A DNA stretch of 58,562 nucleotides, the filler included, from Sphacelaria rigidula (Eukaryota): NCBI GenBank assembly GCA_964200075.2. It is 8 parts of 8 records of this genome, joined end to end, with 100 filler letters (N's around TTAATTAATTAA, not from the genome) between each part and the next. Parts side by side here need not be neighbours in the genome. Positions count along the whole stretch, not along the records: positions 22,001 to 29,233 come from CAXNAA020015842.1; positions 29,334 to 36,566 come from CAXNAA020015843.1; 6 more parts are not named here. The stretch is one strand, 5' to 3'. Below, in pieces: positions 22,533 through 33,720 of this stretch. The notes below the pieces were generated by a model. The model saw only the letters and a list, made by a program, of their open reading frames with translations, did no database searches and was not told the origin of the DNA. Numbering within the stretch: the stretch's first letter is position 1; each line of letters opens with the position of its first letter. The position numbers and the translations under genes are program-made.

Positions 22533-22893
22533 GTACACCATTTAGCGGTTGTTTGGATGAGCCCGCGTTCACAGTATCGAAAGTAAACGGAAGCCCGGGG
22601 GAACGCGACGGGTGATACGCTAGGGTACACAACAGCCATAACGAGCCGGATACATGCATCCGTTTTGTCATGTGTAATAGTCTTGTGCGCGTGAATATGG
22701 GGATGTAGGTATGCATGCTGACGATATGGACGTGTCCATAGGACCGTTGCGGTGTTCTGTATTGCACCGTGGGATGATGTTGTAAGCATCGAATACTTGC
22801 GGGGGGTGGGAGGGGGGGGGAGGCGATGGACAGTATGGCGAGGTACGACGGTACAATGTTTGCCGAGGGGCATACCGAGCAGGCCATATGCTC

Positions 22894-23176
22894 CACATCC
22901 TGGACAACATATGGTCAATAGTTACAATGGGACTATACTTTACTCGGTACATTTTCTGTCTATTGCAACTATTGACCATATATTGTCCAGGGTGTGGTAC
23001 GTTGTCAGCGTGGACTGTGCGTAAACGCAGTAAAATATCCACGACCTGGACAACAGATAACGTTGTCAAGAAGTGTACTGCGTACAGTATGAGATTACAT
23101 TGTCTATGCAATGGACGCAATAGTTGATACTGTATGCACCACACTTTTCGCCGATGTGATCTACTCTCCAGGGTGT
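22894..23176. mobile_element. Two adjacent copies of the CACCCTGGACAA-TIR MITE family
   Basis: acatcctggacaa...ttgtccagggtgt (22894-22996) and acgacctggacaa...ctccagggtgt (23041-23176). Confidence 0.7.
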
Positions 23177-24813
23177 GAAGATATCATGTAGCCCTTCCGG
23201 GGTGGTCTCTGCATGTGAAATACTCAAGGTTTTGACTTTTTTTCGCAAACGAGAATATCCTCCGCTTACACGACAATCAGACGCATCAACCGCTTACACG
23301 TTGCATGTGACACTAGACGCCGAATGATTCATTGGCTGTCGCATGTTGACTGATCCCGAAGGGGTCCAGCCGTGGTCACGTGATAGACACACACAAGGTA
23401 AACATGACGGAAACCTTCGCTGAAGAACACTCGACAAAGAGAGAAGACAGAAGAAGAAAAAAGGAAACATGAAAAAAAGAATAGAGAACAAAGAGAATAA
23501 ACTGAGCAAAAGCGAGAGACGAGCAAAGCAGGCAAAAAGAAGAGGAAAGGAGAGGAAGAAAAAAAAAGAAATAATAACGAGAGGGAATGGAAAGGAAATA
23601 AAACGAGAATAAGAACAGGAGTGATCGATCCCGATGGAACCGGATCGCGAGTTTTTGTTCAGATCCTGGACTATACATCCTAGTTTCCCGCAGCGCTGAT
23701 CTGAAAGATGGACTATTCAGCCAAGGCACCTTGACCAAAAGATTATGGACATGGTCATATTTGCCATCAGATGCACGTCGCACTTCGCTATGGAATAAGG
23801 TGCTGAGGAGGTCAACAAAATATTTGTGCGCACAACAGGGGTGGCACACCTCTCATTTCTGGCGCGACACCCACATAGAACGAGGGGAGGGAGTCGGGGG
23901 CTGCCAGACGGCGTTAGACCTATAGCTTGATTCAAGTTAACTCGAGGGATATCGTAGCAGTCTGCTACTGAAATCAGAGTGAACCAAACATGTACAGCAT
24001 TGTGAAAGATTGACAGCAGCTCGTCGCGAGGCAGAGATATCGAAACAATATATCTCTGAGAAAGTGAGAGATCTGCTGGGTTGCGAAGTTGCCTGGAGAC
24101 TACCGACACCCCCACACAGAACTGGAGTAGGGGAAGGCCAGGGCACCTAACGATAATGTATGCTGTGTAAGCACCCTGCAGCCGCCAAAAGAGGAAGTCA
24201 GAATGCGTTTTATGTCCCTTTACGGTCAAATATGTGAAAGATATCTCACTTTGCCCGCTAAGAAACTGGAAGGGGAAGGGGGGGGGGGACTGAGGCTACA
24301 TTTTCGCACGAGAGGGTAATTCCAAACCCCTACTATTGTATGTTCACTGTTCTCGTATTTGCCCATAACACTGCTGTGATGGAAGCAGATGAATCTCGAG
24401 AGATGTGTCTTTTCCCCCCCCACTAAATGACTATCCAACAGACATAAAGCTGTACATATGTGTAAACAGTGGCCAATGAGGGCGTCACAGAATCCAAACC
24501 CATAGGGCGCACGAGTCGCATTGAACCGGTGTAAGCGAAGGGAAAAGGAGGTGTACTCATGATCATGCATGCCGTAGTCATGAGATCATTGGCCTCGCAG
24601 GGGGAGGGGTGGGGCGGATTATATAGCAAGCACGTTTTCGTCAGAGTTTACCTTTGTCATCGATCAGATGCCCTGTATGCGTTTTTGTGCATGCAAATCT
24701 TCTTCATGAGAATAATGATTTACTGAATAAGCGTGTCACAAATGACCCGAGGTTTGCCCTCGTCCTCGCCCCCCGCTGGCGTCGACTCTTTGCACTCGTG
24801 TTGCTTCTCTCAC

Positions 24814-27800
24814 CCCAGTTGCTGCAGTATCCCCAGCTCTTTGAGGATCGCCAGCAGTGCTTCCGCGGTGACCCAACCATCGCCCGTGAGGTCTCGATCC
24901 TGACAGCCCCGGATAATACCGCTCACCCGCCTGCGTACGAGCCCTAGGGCCGTTCTCACCTGAACAGAAAACAAACGCTTTTTTCAGCGCGTATTTGTGC
25001 CAACACAGTAATTTGTAATCTTGTTACTTCTTAAACTTACAAAGGTATGTATATGTATGAAATATATAAGCGTACATCCTTCATGACTTACGGAAGCCAA
25101 AAGTGGCGCCAGAACGAAATGTGGCTTGATTTTCATCCATCTCGGGAAATGTACTACGACGACAAAAAATCTTAGGTACGTGATAGTATCGTAGTAGTTA
25201 TGTGGTGAATCAAGGAGTGCTTCCATTTTGTGTAACGTGGAGAATAACACTACACAGTTCCGTATAGAAAAGTATGGCCCGTTGTATGTGTTTTTGTTTT
25301 CCGCCAAGTTTCTGTCGCTCGACAGTTTTCTCGGTCACCTCCCGCGTGAAGCATTTGCTGGGGCTGTCGGCAGAGCCGCCGCGGCGGGTTTCCTCACCGC
25401 CACCACCACTCCCCGGTAGCCCTTCGCCGTCTCCCTCCTCGTACGTCCATCTGGGGAGAAGTTCTAGCTCACCAGTGTGCCCTGGCCATCACCACATGGA
25501 AAACAAAATGCAACAGGACTATCACATGACGAAACCAAACTCAACAATATTTTACAGGTGAGACTTCTTGTTATTTTCTGTGCTTTTCATTATTTTCACT
25601 CTGTTTTTCATGTGAGTCGCAACTAATTACTTGCAAGGTAACGGGGCAATGTTGATGCCGTTTCATTTGGGTTCGAAAGTTCCCGGCGACTTGACTCTTG
25701 CGAAACGGTTCCGTCCCTATCTATTCCAGGTTCAGCCGCCTCATTATTCATAGACGTTCCTTGTTACGATAAAGAAAGACTACAAAAAAAAAGATTATAC
25801 AATAGAATGAGATGCACATAGAAAACCGGAATCCTTCGTGTGGTCGGATCAGTCTCGTGTTAGACGAGCACGCCCGAGGTGAAGAGTGTCCAATCGCATT
25901 GGAAGTTTACCATTCGTCACTTCAAGCCTGAATTCCCTACTATCGTGTAAAACGGCACTTGTGATGGTATTGACTCCCTGGCGTAGAGCAACAAGTTTGT
26001 TTCACGACCCGTGGCTTGGTCACGTCATAAACAACGGGATCAACACTCGCAACATCTTCCTTTCCCTGCACTGTACACAACGCACCATACGTTAGCAATG
26101 ATGATACAAGCAGGGGCCCCACTCTCCCGAGTTACCCTGCGCAACAAGGATGCTATGCCTGGGATAGCATTTCCATCTGGGACACGGATATCAATCGGAG
26201 ATGTCGGCCTGGGATAGCTATCTGAGCTATAAGTATATCCATCTGGAATGTCCACCTGAGGTGCTCACCTAGAACGTCAGACCCGTGCGGGATGTATAAC
26301 TGAACCTGGGATATCCCAGATGTACGCCCATTAGGGATATGAATATCCACCTGCGACACCTAGCGCTAACCCTAATCCTAACCGTAAGGCAGTGCCAGAT
26401 GAGTGTAAGATCCGAGATGGATATCCCACGTGGACGTGGACATGCCAGATGTGGACATCCCAGATTGATATCCATACCCCTAATGGATCTTGTAAGATTA
26501 TACAAGACCGTGACAGGGAAACCAGCCTTCGCTTTACGCGACATAGATTTTGTTCGTCACATGATCCTCATGCTGCCAGTCAAGTGCTCGTGTGCGCATG
26601 AATTCTATCTTATGGGAGGTGACCTCGAGCGTTGACGGCATGTGCTAGGCCACATCAAGTTCAAGCATTTTCAAAACAAATCTGTGAAGACGCGCGTGTG
26701 TGTGTGTGTAAATGTGTAAGTGATGCCTCTTTCTGCTGCAAACAAATGTGCCTAACGAGGCACCAACGTACCACCACTGCTACCACACAGCGCCACCTGT
26801 GAATTCTGTGTCATGGCTACCACGAGTGCGTGTGCCACACTGTAGCTAACGGGTGTGGATATGGTGCGCGTACACGCACGCTTGAAGGATACTACTCGCT
26901 GGGGCCGTCCTACTGTTTGGTGTGCATGTCAACCCTTCAACCGCTAGGGTAAGCGATCCTTTGAATACGCATAATTTACACTCGAAAACTAACGTGGAAT
27001 GATGCCGACCCGACAGATCGCCTACCCTGACGGTGGAGGGGTTAAAAAGACACCGAAACGAAGGACGAATCGCGTACCATCTCCCGGCTCTTCTGCGCGT
27101 GCGCGGGTCTGAGAACCCCGCCCTCTGGCGAGTGTATTCGACAAGAGATGGGAAAATACGAACACTACCTAATCTGAACGACTAAAAGTGACGTGAGAAA
27201 ATACGAACACTACGGTATCTAATCTGCGCGACTAAAAGTAACCTCGACCTATGTTACTGCAGATGTGTTCAGGAACGAAAGGATTGATTGTCTTTTGTTT
27301 CGTCTACTTTTGCACAAAAAACAGTAGCTTTCCACAAAAAGCAACACAACAAAAAACGGCACGCACCATAAATGCATAGAGCAAACAACTGCGGTACAAT
27401 ACATATCTCCGTTGTCCCGACGCAGGCTGCGGAAGGTTGCAAATGATCTACGGAGAATCAACAGTCGTTCCCGATTATTAACATGTCTACCTAGGGAGAA
27501 AAATATGTCCACGGAAAATGGCAGATATCCACGGAGGTGCCTGGTACACGCTTCCTTACCTAGAAGAAGGTCGCGAAAGTCCTCTACGGAGATTCTGGGG
27601 CCACCGACGTCGCCCTTCTCCAGCGCCCACCACAGCTGCTGCAGCTCTCCCGAGCGCGGAATCACGCCTGTCGTGCCAGCGTGATCATTCAGTGACACAG
27701 TACTGTAGATCACGCTAGAAAGCGGCTACACGGAGAAAACAGATCGAGCACGAAGGCAAGTATAATACAAGTAGTTGTGTTATAATACGCCGCCCGCTTT

Positions 27801-28062
27801 TTGAGCAGCCTTCATTCATCAGACAAGCTCACCCAGGCCGTGGAGAGCTCGCTGTATTCCCCCCCGACTCATGCGCATGCTCTCCCTGTTTGGTCCTAGA
27901 TTCGGAACTAAAGCAGCCACTGCCTCCGTACCGTTATCTTCCAACCCCCTCAATTTTTCCAACGCTCTCGCGAGCAACACTGGCAAGTCCCGATCGACCT
28001 CCGGCGTGGTTCCGCGTGGTTGCTCTGATGGGGACAACCCCTGTGATTCTTCGTCGTCGTGC

Positions 28063-28099
<37 letters not shown>

Positions 28100-28156
28100 C
28101 CTTGTTGTTACTTTGGTACTGGTTGCTGCGGCTGGTGTTGTTGTCGCCATTTTCGG
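24814..28156 (-). CDS. Multi-exon protein with EF-hand-like motifs and a poly-Asn tract (internal part)
   Basis: Exons 28156-27833 (poly-N, ..GIQRALHGL) and 27667-27560 (GVIPRSGELQQLWWALEKGDVGGPRISVEDFRDLLL) join in phase. Candidate exon 27124-27078. Exons 25450-25339 and 24959-24814 (CQDRDLTGDGWVTAEALLAILKELG, EF-loop DxxGDGxV) join in phase. The phase link between the two blocks is unresolved. Confidence 0.65.
26160..26490. mobile_element. Foldback-like element built from GGATATCC/ATCTGGG subrepeats around a telomere-like core
   Basis: ccattagggatatgaatatcc (about 26328) is inverted at gatatccatacccctaatgg (about 26467); central ctaaccctaatcctaacc. Confidence 0.55.
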
Positions 28157-29066
28157 CTGCGTAACCAAGCACACGAACGCCGACAATAATGAAACTATCG
28201 TTAAGTGTTTGCGTGTGCTGGATAGACGAGAACACACATCACGGCCGCCCACCTCATCTACCGCAACGTGGAGATAAATCATAAAACAAAAAATCTGGAG
28301 ATTCTTCCACTGGACGACTGGTGAGGTGCCCGCGGCTCCCTAATAAATGCCAGTTGCACGAAAACTATGATCGCGAGTAACATCGTTCCTCCGCTCCATA
28401 TTTGTTTACTATTACCAAATCGCACATGAAAGCACGCTAGAACAGCCTGCTACACTCTCAACCAAACCGCAGCCCCTGAAAGCCTCCCAAGGATTCCTTG
28501 TGCTCCCCCACCCCTTAACCCCCCGTCAACCTCCCTGACAGGGGATGGTGTAGTCACCCATGTTTCCCAGGCGTGCCTGGCCCTAGGTACAAATAGCCTG
28601 GCACGTCTTTTTCGACATTACCTTGTGCGCAAAAATCACAGAGATGAGGGCACGAAAGAAGGGGAAAATGAAAAAGAAATCATTGGAAGAATAATCAATC
28701 GCTTCACGATAGAAGTTTTCGTTGGTGTGATGCCCTACTTTGGGAAACGTGAATGTGTCGTCTTGTCTTGACTGTGCATGTTCATCGCCTCGGATGCGAA
28801 CAAAAAAAGCGAAGTCTCGATACGATTCCAAACGTTTGCCTCTATTTTCGCGATGAATTTGAACTACACTTGTGGATATATGTCAGTTTGCGCACTGACA
28901 GATCCAAAATAGGTATAGAAATAAGTAATTTCCCATCTACAGTCTTGTGCTGTAATGCATCTCGCACTGTAACCTTCTGACATTCCATGTCCCACTTGAT
29001 CTACTGTACTACTTATGCATTCCCCCCTCCCCCTCCCTCTCCTCCCCCGGACCCCACACCCACACG

Positions 29067-29131
29067 GTGCTCCGTCTCGAAAGAGATGCGTGGTCAATGG
29101 CCAAACGGCTAAGGCAAGCAACAGATGAGTT

Positions 29132-29162
<31 letters not shown>

Positions 29163-29233
29163 GCCCCCGCCTCACGCCACCGCCCCCCCCCCCCCCCACC
29201 CACCCACAACCACCACCCCCCCCCCCCCTCCCC
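29067..29233 (+). repeat. C-tract-tailed dispersed repeat
   Basis: gtgctccgtctcgaaagagatgcgtggtcaatgg..aaacg..taaggcaagcaac..atgagt followed by poly-C; also at 43999, 57157 (x2) and 58398. Confidence 0.85.
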
Positions 29234-29333
29234 NNNNNNNNNNNNNNNNNNNNNNNNNNNNNNNNNNNNNNNNNNNNTTAATTAATTAANNNNNNNNNNN
29301 NNNNNNNNNNNNNNNNNNNNNNNNNNNNNNNNN
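29234..29333. other. Artificial contig-joining spacer 4
   Basis: Same motif. Confidence 0.99.
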
Positions 29334-31200
29334 CATGCTTTCGCTGCCGTGCAGAAACTTCTGGGTTACGGGCACATGGTCGAAACCGCTTGCGACTCCA
29401 GAGCCTTGTGAACAAAGTCAATGAAAGTTCGATGGTCCGTTGAACCTCAATTAAATGTTGAACTTCAATAACGATTCCAGGGTGTAAATGATGCTTGTAT
29501 AAAATCCTGCACGCGGACAAATATTTACTTCTTGCATTACATCGATTCAGATATTCGTTGGACGGGATGACTCAGGACCCGGCCAAAAACAGCACTTGAA
29601 AAATATAGTTAAGTGGAAGAGAGTCTGCTGGAAAATGGGGTTGGGCATTGAAATTGGGTTCAACTTCACTTTTGAAAGTTTGATATATTTGCCCAAATAA
29701 TTTGAAGAACACAAGCAATTTTGGATCGTTTGTTTTTGTCGAAGCTAAGCAGGTGTGTGGCTGGGTGTTATCTCAGGTATCACCGTGTACAGCGGCTTCC
29801 TGCCCGGACAGCAGCAGTACAGATTACCCATACGGCCATGCAATATATAAGCTACACACGCGGCCATTCGGCTACCTGGTAGAGAAATTTCCAAACGTCA
29901 TCCTCGATTCCGTCCGTTTTGAAATCCCCGCAAGAGGATCTTGGGTATTTGCAATCCTCGAAAGGATTTTCAATGTTGGGGCCCTCGAAGGTCTGTGTCA
30001 ATATCTACCCTTTTTGAACGGTCCCCTCTCGTCCCCAGGCCAGGCGCTTCAATATGAGAAGCCCTGACAAAGGAGAAACGATGGGAACAGAAAATACCGA
30101 CGGGAACTATTTTCACTGTAGAAGACCAAAGAAGACCCCAGATGCACACGTTATGGATGTACCGAAAATGAAACCCGGAGCGATCGGGTTGGGTTTGTCC
30201 AATGATATCACGCGACCGGCGAAGTGTGTCCAATTGGGTGCATTGACAAAACTCTCGTATAACAGTACAAACTCCTATATGTACATGTATCATTTCGCAT
30301 TTTTCACGACTTTTGCCGAGTTTTCTCCGGCGGCAAAGCATCTTATACCGCGCTTTCTTTTGCAGTGCACAAAGAAGGTGCAGCGGTACATTACCTGTGA
30401 GGTTTAGATGTCATGTGATACCGGTGGCGCGTGTTCTGGGCATCGAAAGTTGCCCACATTGGCTCTATTTCCCGGGGTGCCGATCCCGAAGCACAAAAGC
30501 CTCCTCAAGATCGAGCAAAACTTAAAACAGGAACTAGACCCACAAAAGCGTGTTCATGACGGGGTATTTCTTCACAGTGTGATTATCGATATAGTTCATC
30601 GGCTGTCGGCATGAGTGCTATGAGTCGAGAGTAGAGCACCAATTGAAAGTGCCTTCGATCATTCGCTTTCACTTGGGCAAACATTCATTCCGTATGTTCT
30701 CTTCTTTGCCCCTATCACCGGCGTTTGCATTCAGCGACACGTCGACATCATACACTGAGGGATATGAAGGGCATCAGTGGCGATCTACCACAGATAGCAT
30801 GTAGTGCGTGGTGGGAGTGCATTTAGGATTTGAAATAAATCATTCACTGATTGACCGCTTTACGATTTCACGGTATAATATCTACTCTCAAGCTCACTAA
30901 AACACTGTTCATCCTGCATGCAGAGCTATTTTTTGAACTGCCAGTGTACCTTGGTAGCAACAGTTTATGAAAGCCCTGCATGGAGAGCTACACCTTTTGA
31001 ACATGAATGAGTAGTACGAATGCACTCTCCTGTAATATGGACATACTATTAAGAGGTAAGGTAGAAATAGTCCTGTATACAAGGCTGCACCTACCGTGCT
31101 ATTATTAAACAGTCCAACTGATCATTTCCAAGAGACGTTTATTTGGGTGTTGACCTGGTGTTCAACGCATCATAATAGTTGGGGAAGAAACATTTACCAC
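29334..31200 (-). pseudogene. Highly decayed piggyBac-like transposase relic
   Basis: Minus-strand fragments in piggyBac order: FLPQLL*CVEHQVN (cf. FFP..I..TN), FAQVKANDRRHFQLVL (cf. MSRxRF), EIEPMWATF (cf. DESM), YHMTSKPHR (cf. YxPxKPxKYG), IYQTFKSEVE (cf. YN..MGGVD), FWP..IDVMQEVN. Many stops; matched by eye only. Confidence 0.4.
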
Positions 31201-32087
31201 CGTCATATCTATGAAACACTCCACGAAAGCATGTTTAAATGATTAATAGTTGTATCTCAAACTCGAACTGAAAAAAATACAACAAAGAGCCAGCGAATAA
31301 ACCAAGAAACGGAGAGCAAAGTTGGATATGCCTCTGTTGATGATAAGATGAGAAGAGTAGATATCCATGCCTCGTCAGCAGGTGACCGGCTGTCGTGGTC
31401 AAATACTTCAAACTGACTGAAAAAATCCAGATTCCGGCCAAGAGAAAAACTGGGAGTACGAAATATCGGACAAGCGTGCTGGAATCCTCGTGAAAAATAG
31501 AGCACATCTCTCCGAGGAGGCCAAATCCGCCAAGGCCCGTATTCCGCCAATAACCCGTGATGAAAGGTTGAAAAGGGCAGTTTTCAGACAGAATTGTTTC
31601 AGTCTATAAAAAGCGGCCTGACAGGGGATCAGCACTGCCTTTCCCTCGTGGATCGTCTGCTGGATATATAGCTAGGTAGACAGGTAGGTAGCTAGGCGAT
31701 ATCACCTGGCAACACCGCAGACTGTACTATTGTTTTTCGAAACAAGACCGTACAGTTCATTAAGCTCGCAACCATGGGGTTGGACGGCTCGGGGGTTTCT
31801 ACTCCATATTCATTTTCGAAACAAGATCGTGCAGTACAATAAATCCGTAAACATGGGTTTGGAGGGCTCAGGTGTTTTCCCCCGAACACAAGAGTAATTA
31901 CATGCACGTGCACTAACGACTAACGCACCCGAGCGGAATTCATGGCTAAGTAGCTGAGAATGAGGGGGATGGAGTTTGCATGGTCCTGTGAACAGGTATT
32001 ATCTGGCGTGGTAATCTATAAGATAGGAGTGAAGCGCCTCTTCGTGCCTTTCGACCGCATGTTTTCGATCGAAAACGATTGTTTTAC

Positions 32088-32347
32088 ACACTTTGCATCA
32101 CCCCACAGAGAGGAGCCTAGCCCACTTTTCAGGTTCGCCTGCCTCCAAGGTTTCGAGAGTGGCCGCTGAACAATAATCCGTGTGCAATAAAATCTATGGC
32201 GATCTCCACAGATTATTGAGCAGAGTGATGTTGCCAAGCACAGATTATTGCACACGACTTATTGTTCAGCGGCCAATCTCGACCCCTCGGAGCCAAGCGA
32301 ATCTGGAAAGTAGGCTAAGCTCCTCTCTGTGGGGTGATGCAAAGTGT
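32088..32347. mobile_element. Palindromic MITE (about 105-bp arms)
   Basis: acactttgcatcaccccacagagaggagc...gtgtgcaataa is inverted at ttattgcacac...gctcctctctgtggggtgatgcaaagtgt; TA at the right end. Confidence 0.85.
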
Positions 32348-33622
32348 ACGAGACGTGTGTAAGTGATTTTCCCTGTTTGGGGGTCAAAACGTGGGTTCAA
32401 GGTCCCAAAAGTGAACAAGCCGTGGACCAAAAATCTGTTTGTCATAAACATCCGGCCTTCATACCGTAGGGCTATTTTTCATGAAAAAAGTGTAAAAACG
32501 GAGCGTAGCGGGATCTGAGGCTTGTGGAACGGGTACGAGAGTAAACAATCCGGGCCAATGTGAGGGCAATTAATTGTGGAACGGTCGATGCAAACAAATA
32601 GGTCAGTCACGGAGATTGAGATTGTTTGGATCACATCCTGTATTCACGATCGGGGTAAATATTACATTAACATCGTAGTCGGACCGGGAGGGACAGGCCC
32701 CGGGCATTGCGTATGGCACGACTTCAGAGGAAATCAGAAGAGGCACGTAATAGGGAATGCGATAGCAGAGGTGAACACATGCACAAATTTTCATGTTACG
32801 GTCTGGCTTGGATTTGCGTTGCGTCACATCTGATATTCACGTATCTCCAACTCGGCTCCCGATATCCTGGTTTATTCGCTGGCTCTGAGTGGTGTCATAT
32901 TTTTTCAAGTGAGAGTGATCGCGATTCATGGGAGGACCTGACCTGACGGTCAAAGGCTCTCATTTTCTGATGAATCGGCATCACTATCACTTGAAAAAAT
33001 AGGACAAGACAAACCAGGATGCCGGGAGCCGAGTTTGGGACACCTCTGATGACAAATATTCCACATTCATGTCATGATGAGAGGAGCGAATCTCTGGAAA
33101 CTTGTAAATTCCCAGACAACGAGATTTTTCCAAATCTCTCTGGCAAAAGCCATCGATTCCCAGAGACGTTTTTCTGTCTGGGAATTGACGTTCCATCACA
33201 CACTCCTCGCCTACAAGTGTAGTACAGTCAGTCCAAAAGTAGTCGAGCATGTTGTATGTACAGTACCGTGGGGACAGACATTACAGTACAGAGCTTTTTT
33301 CGTCGACAGCTTTCCCACTCTGAAATAGCACGATGGCGCCCATGCTGGCTGTGTTGACTGCTCGCATCGTGTTACACTCGTCGTGCCCGCCTCCGATTTC
33401 GAACTCTGTAGTACTTACTCTGTGTACTGAGACGGTTCCTACCACACTACTGACTGTTACGTGAGTATGTTGTGTGCGTTATGGCACAAACCGTATGCTG
33501 CACACACTGCACACACTGCACACACTGCACCGCTTGCGACACTACAACTGTACCAAGCGGCGGTCGGCTGAAATAAGTGTTGATACGCCTGTCATTTCGA
33601 TTCTTTCATTACCTTTAGCTAC

Positions 33623-33663
33623 TGTGCGTGTGCGTGCGTGCGTGCGTGCGTGCGTGTGCATGC

Positions 33664-33716
<53 letters not shown>
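33623..33716. repeat. (GCGT)n/(GT)n microsatellite, likely a SINE-B-type tail
   Basis: Long GT run followed by tatcatcccatct, similar to tgtcgtcccatct after the tail of SINE B. Confidence 0.85.

Positions 33717-33720
<4 letters not shown>

Noticed and set aside
23376..24229. ORFs of 157 and 170 aa as further exons or membrane proteins
   Set aside because: Hydrophobicity comes from low-complexity pyrimidine tracts; no motif and weak splice support
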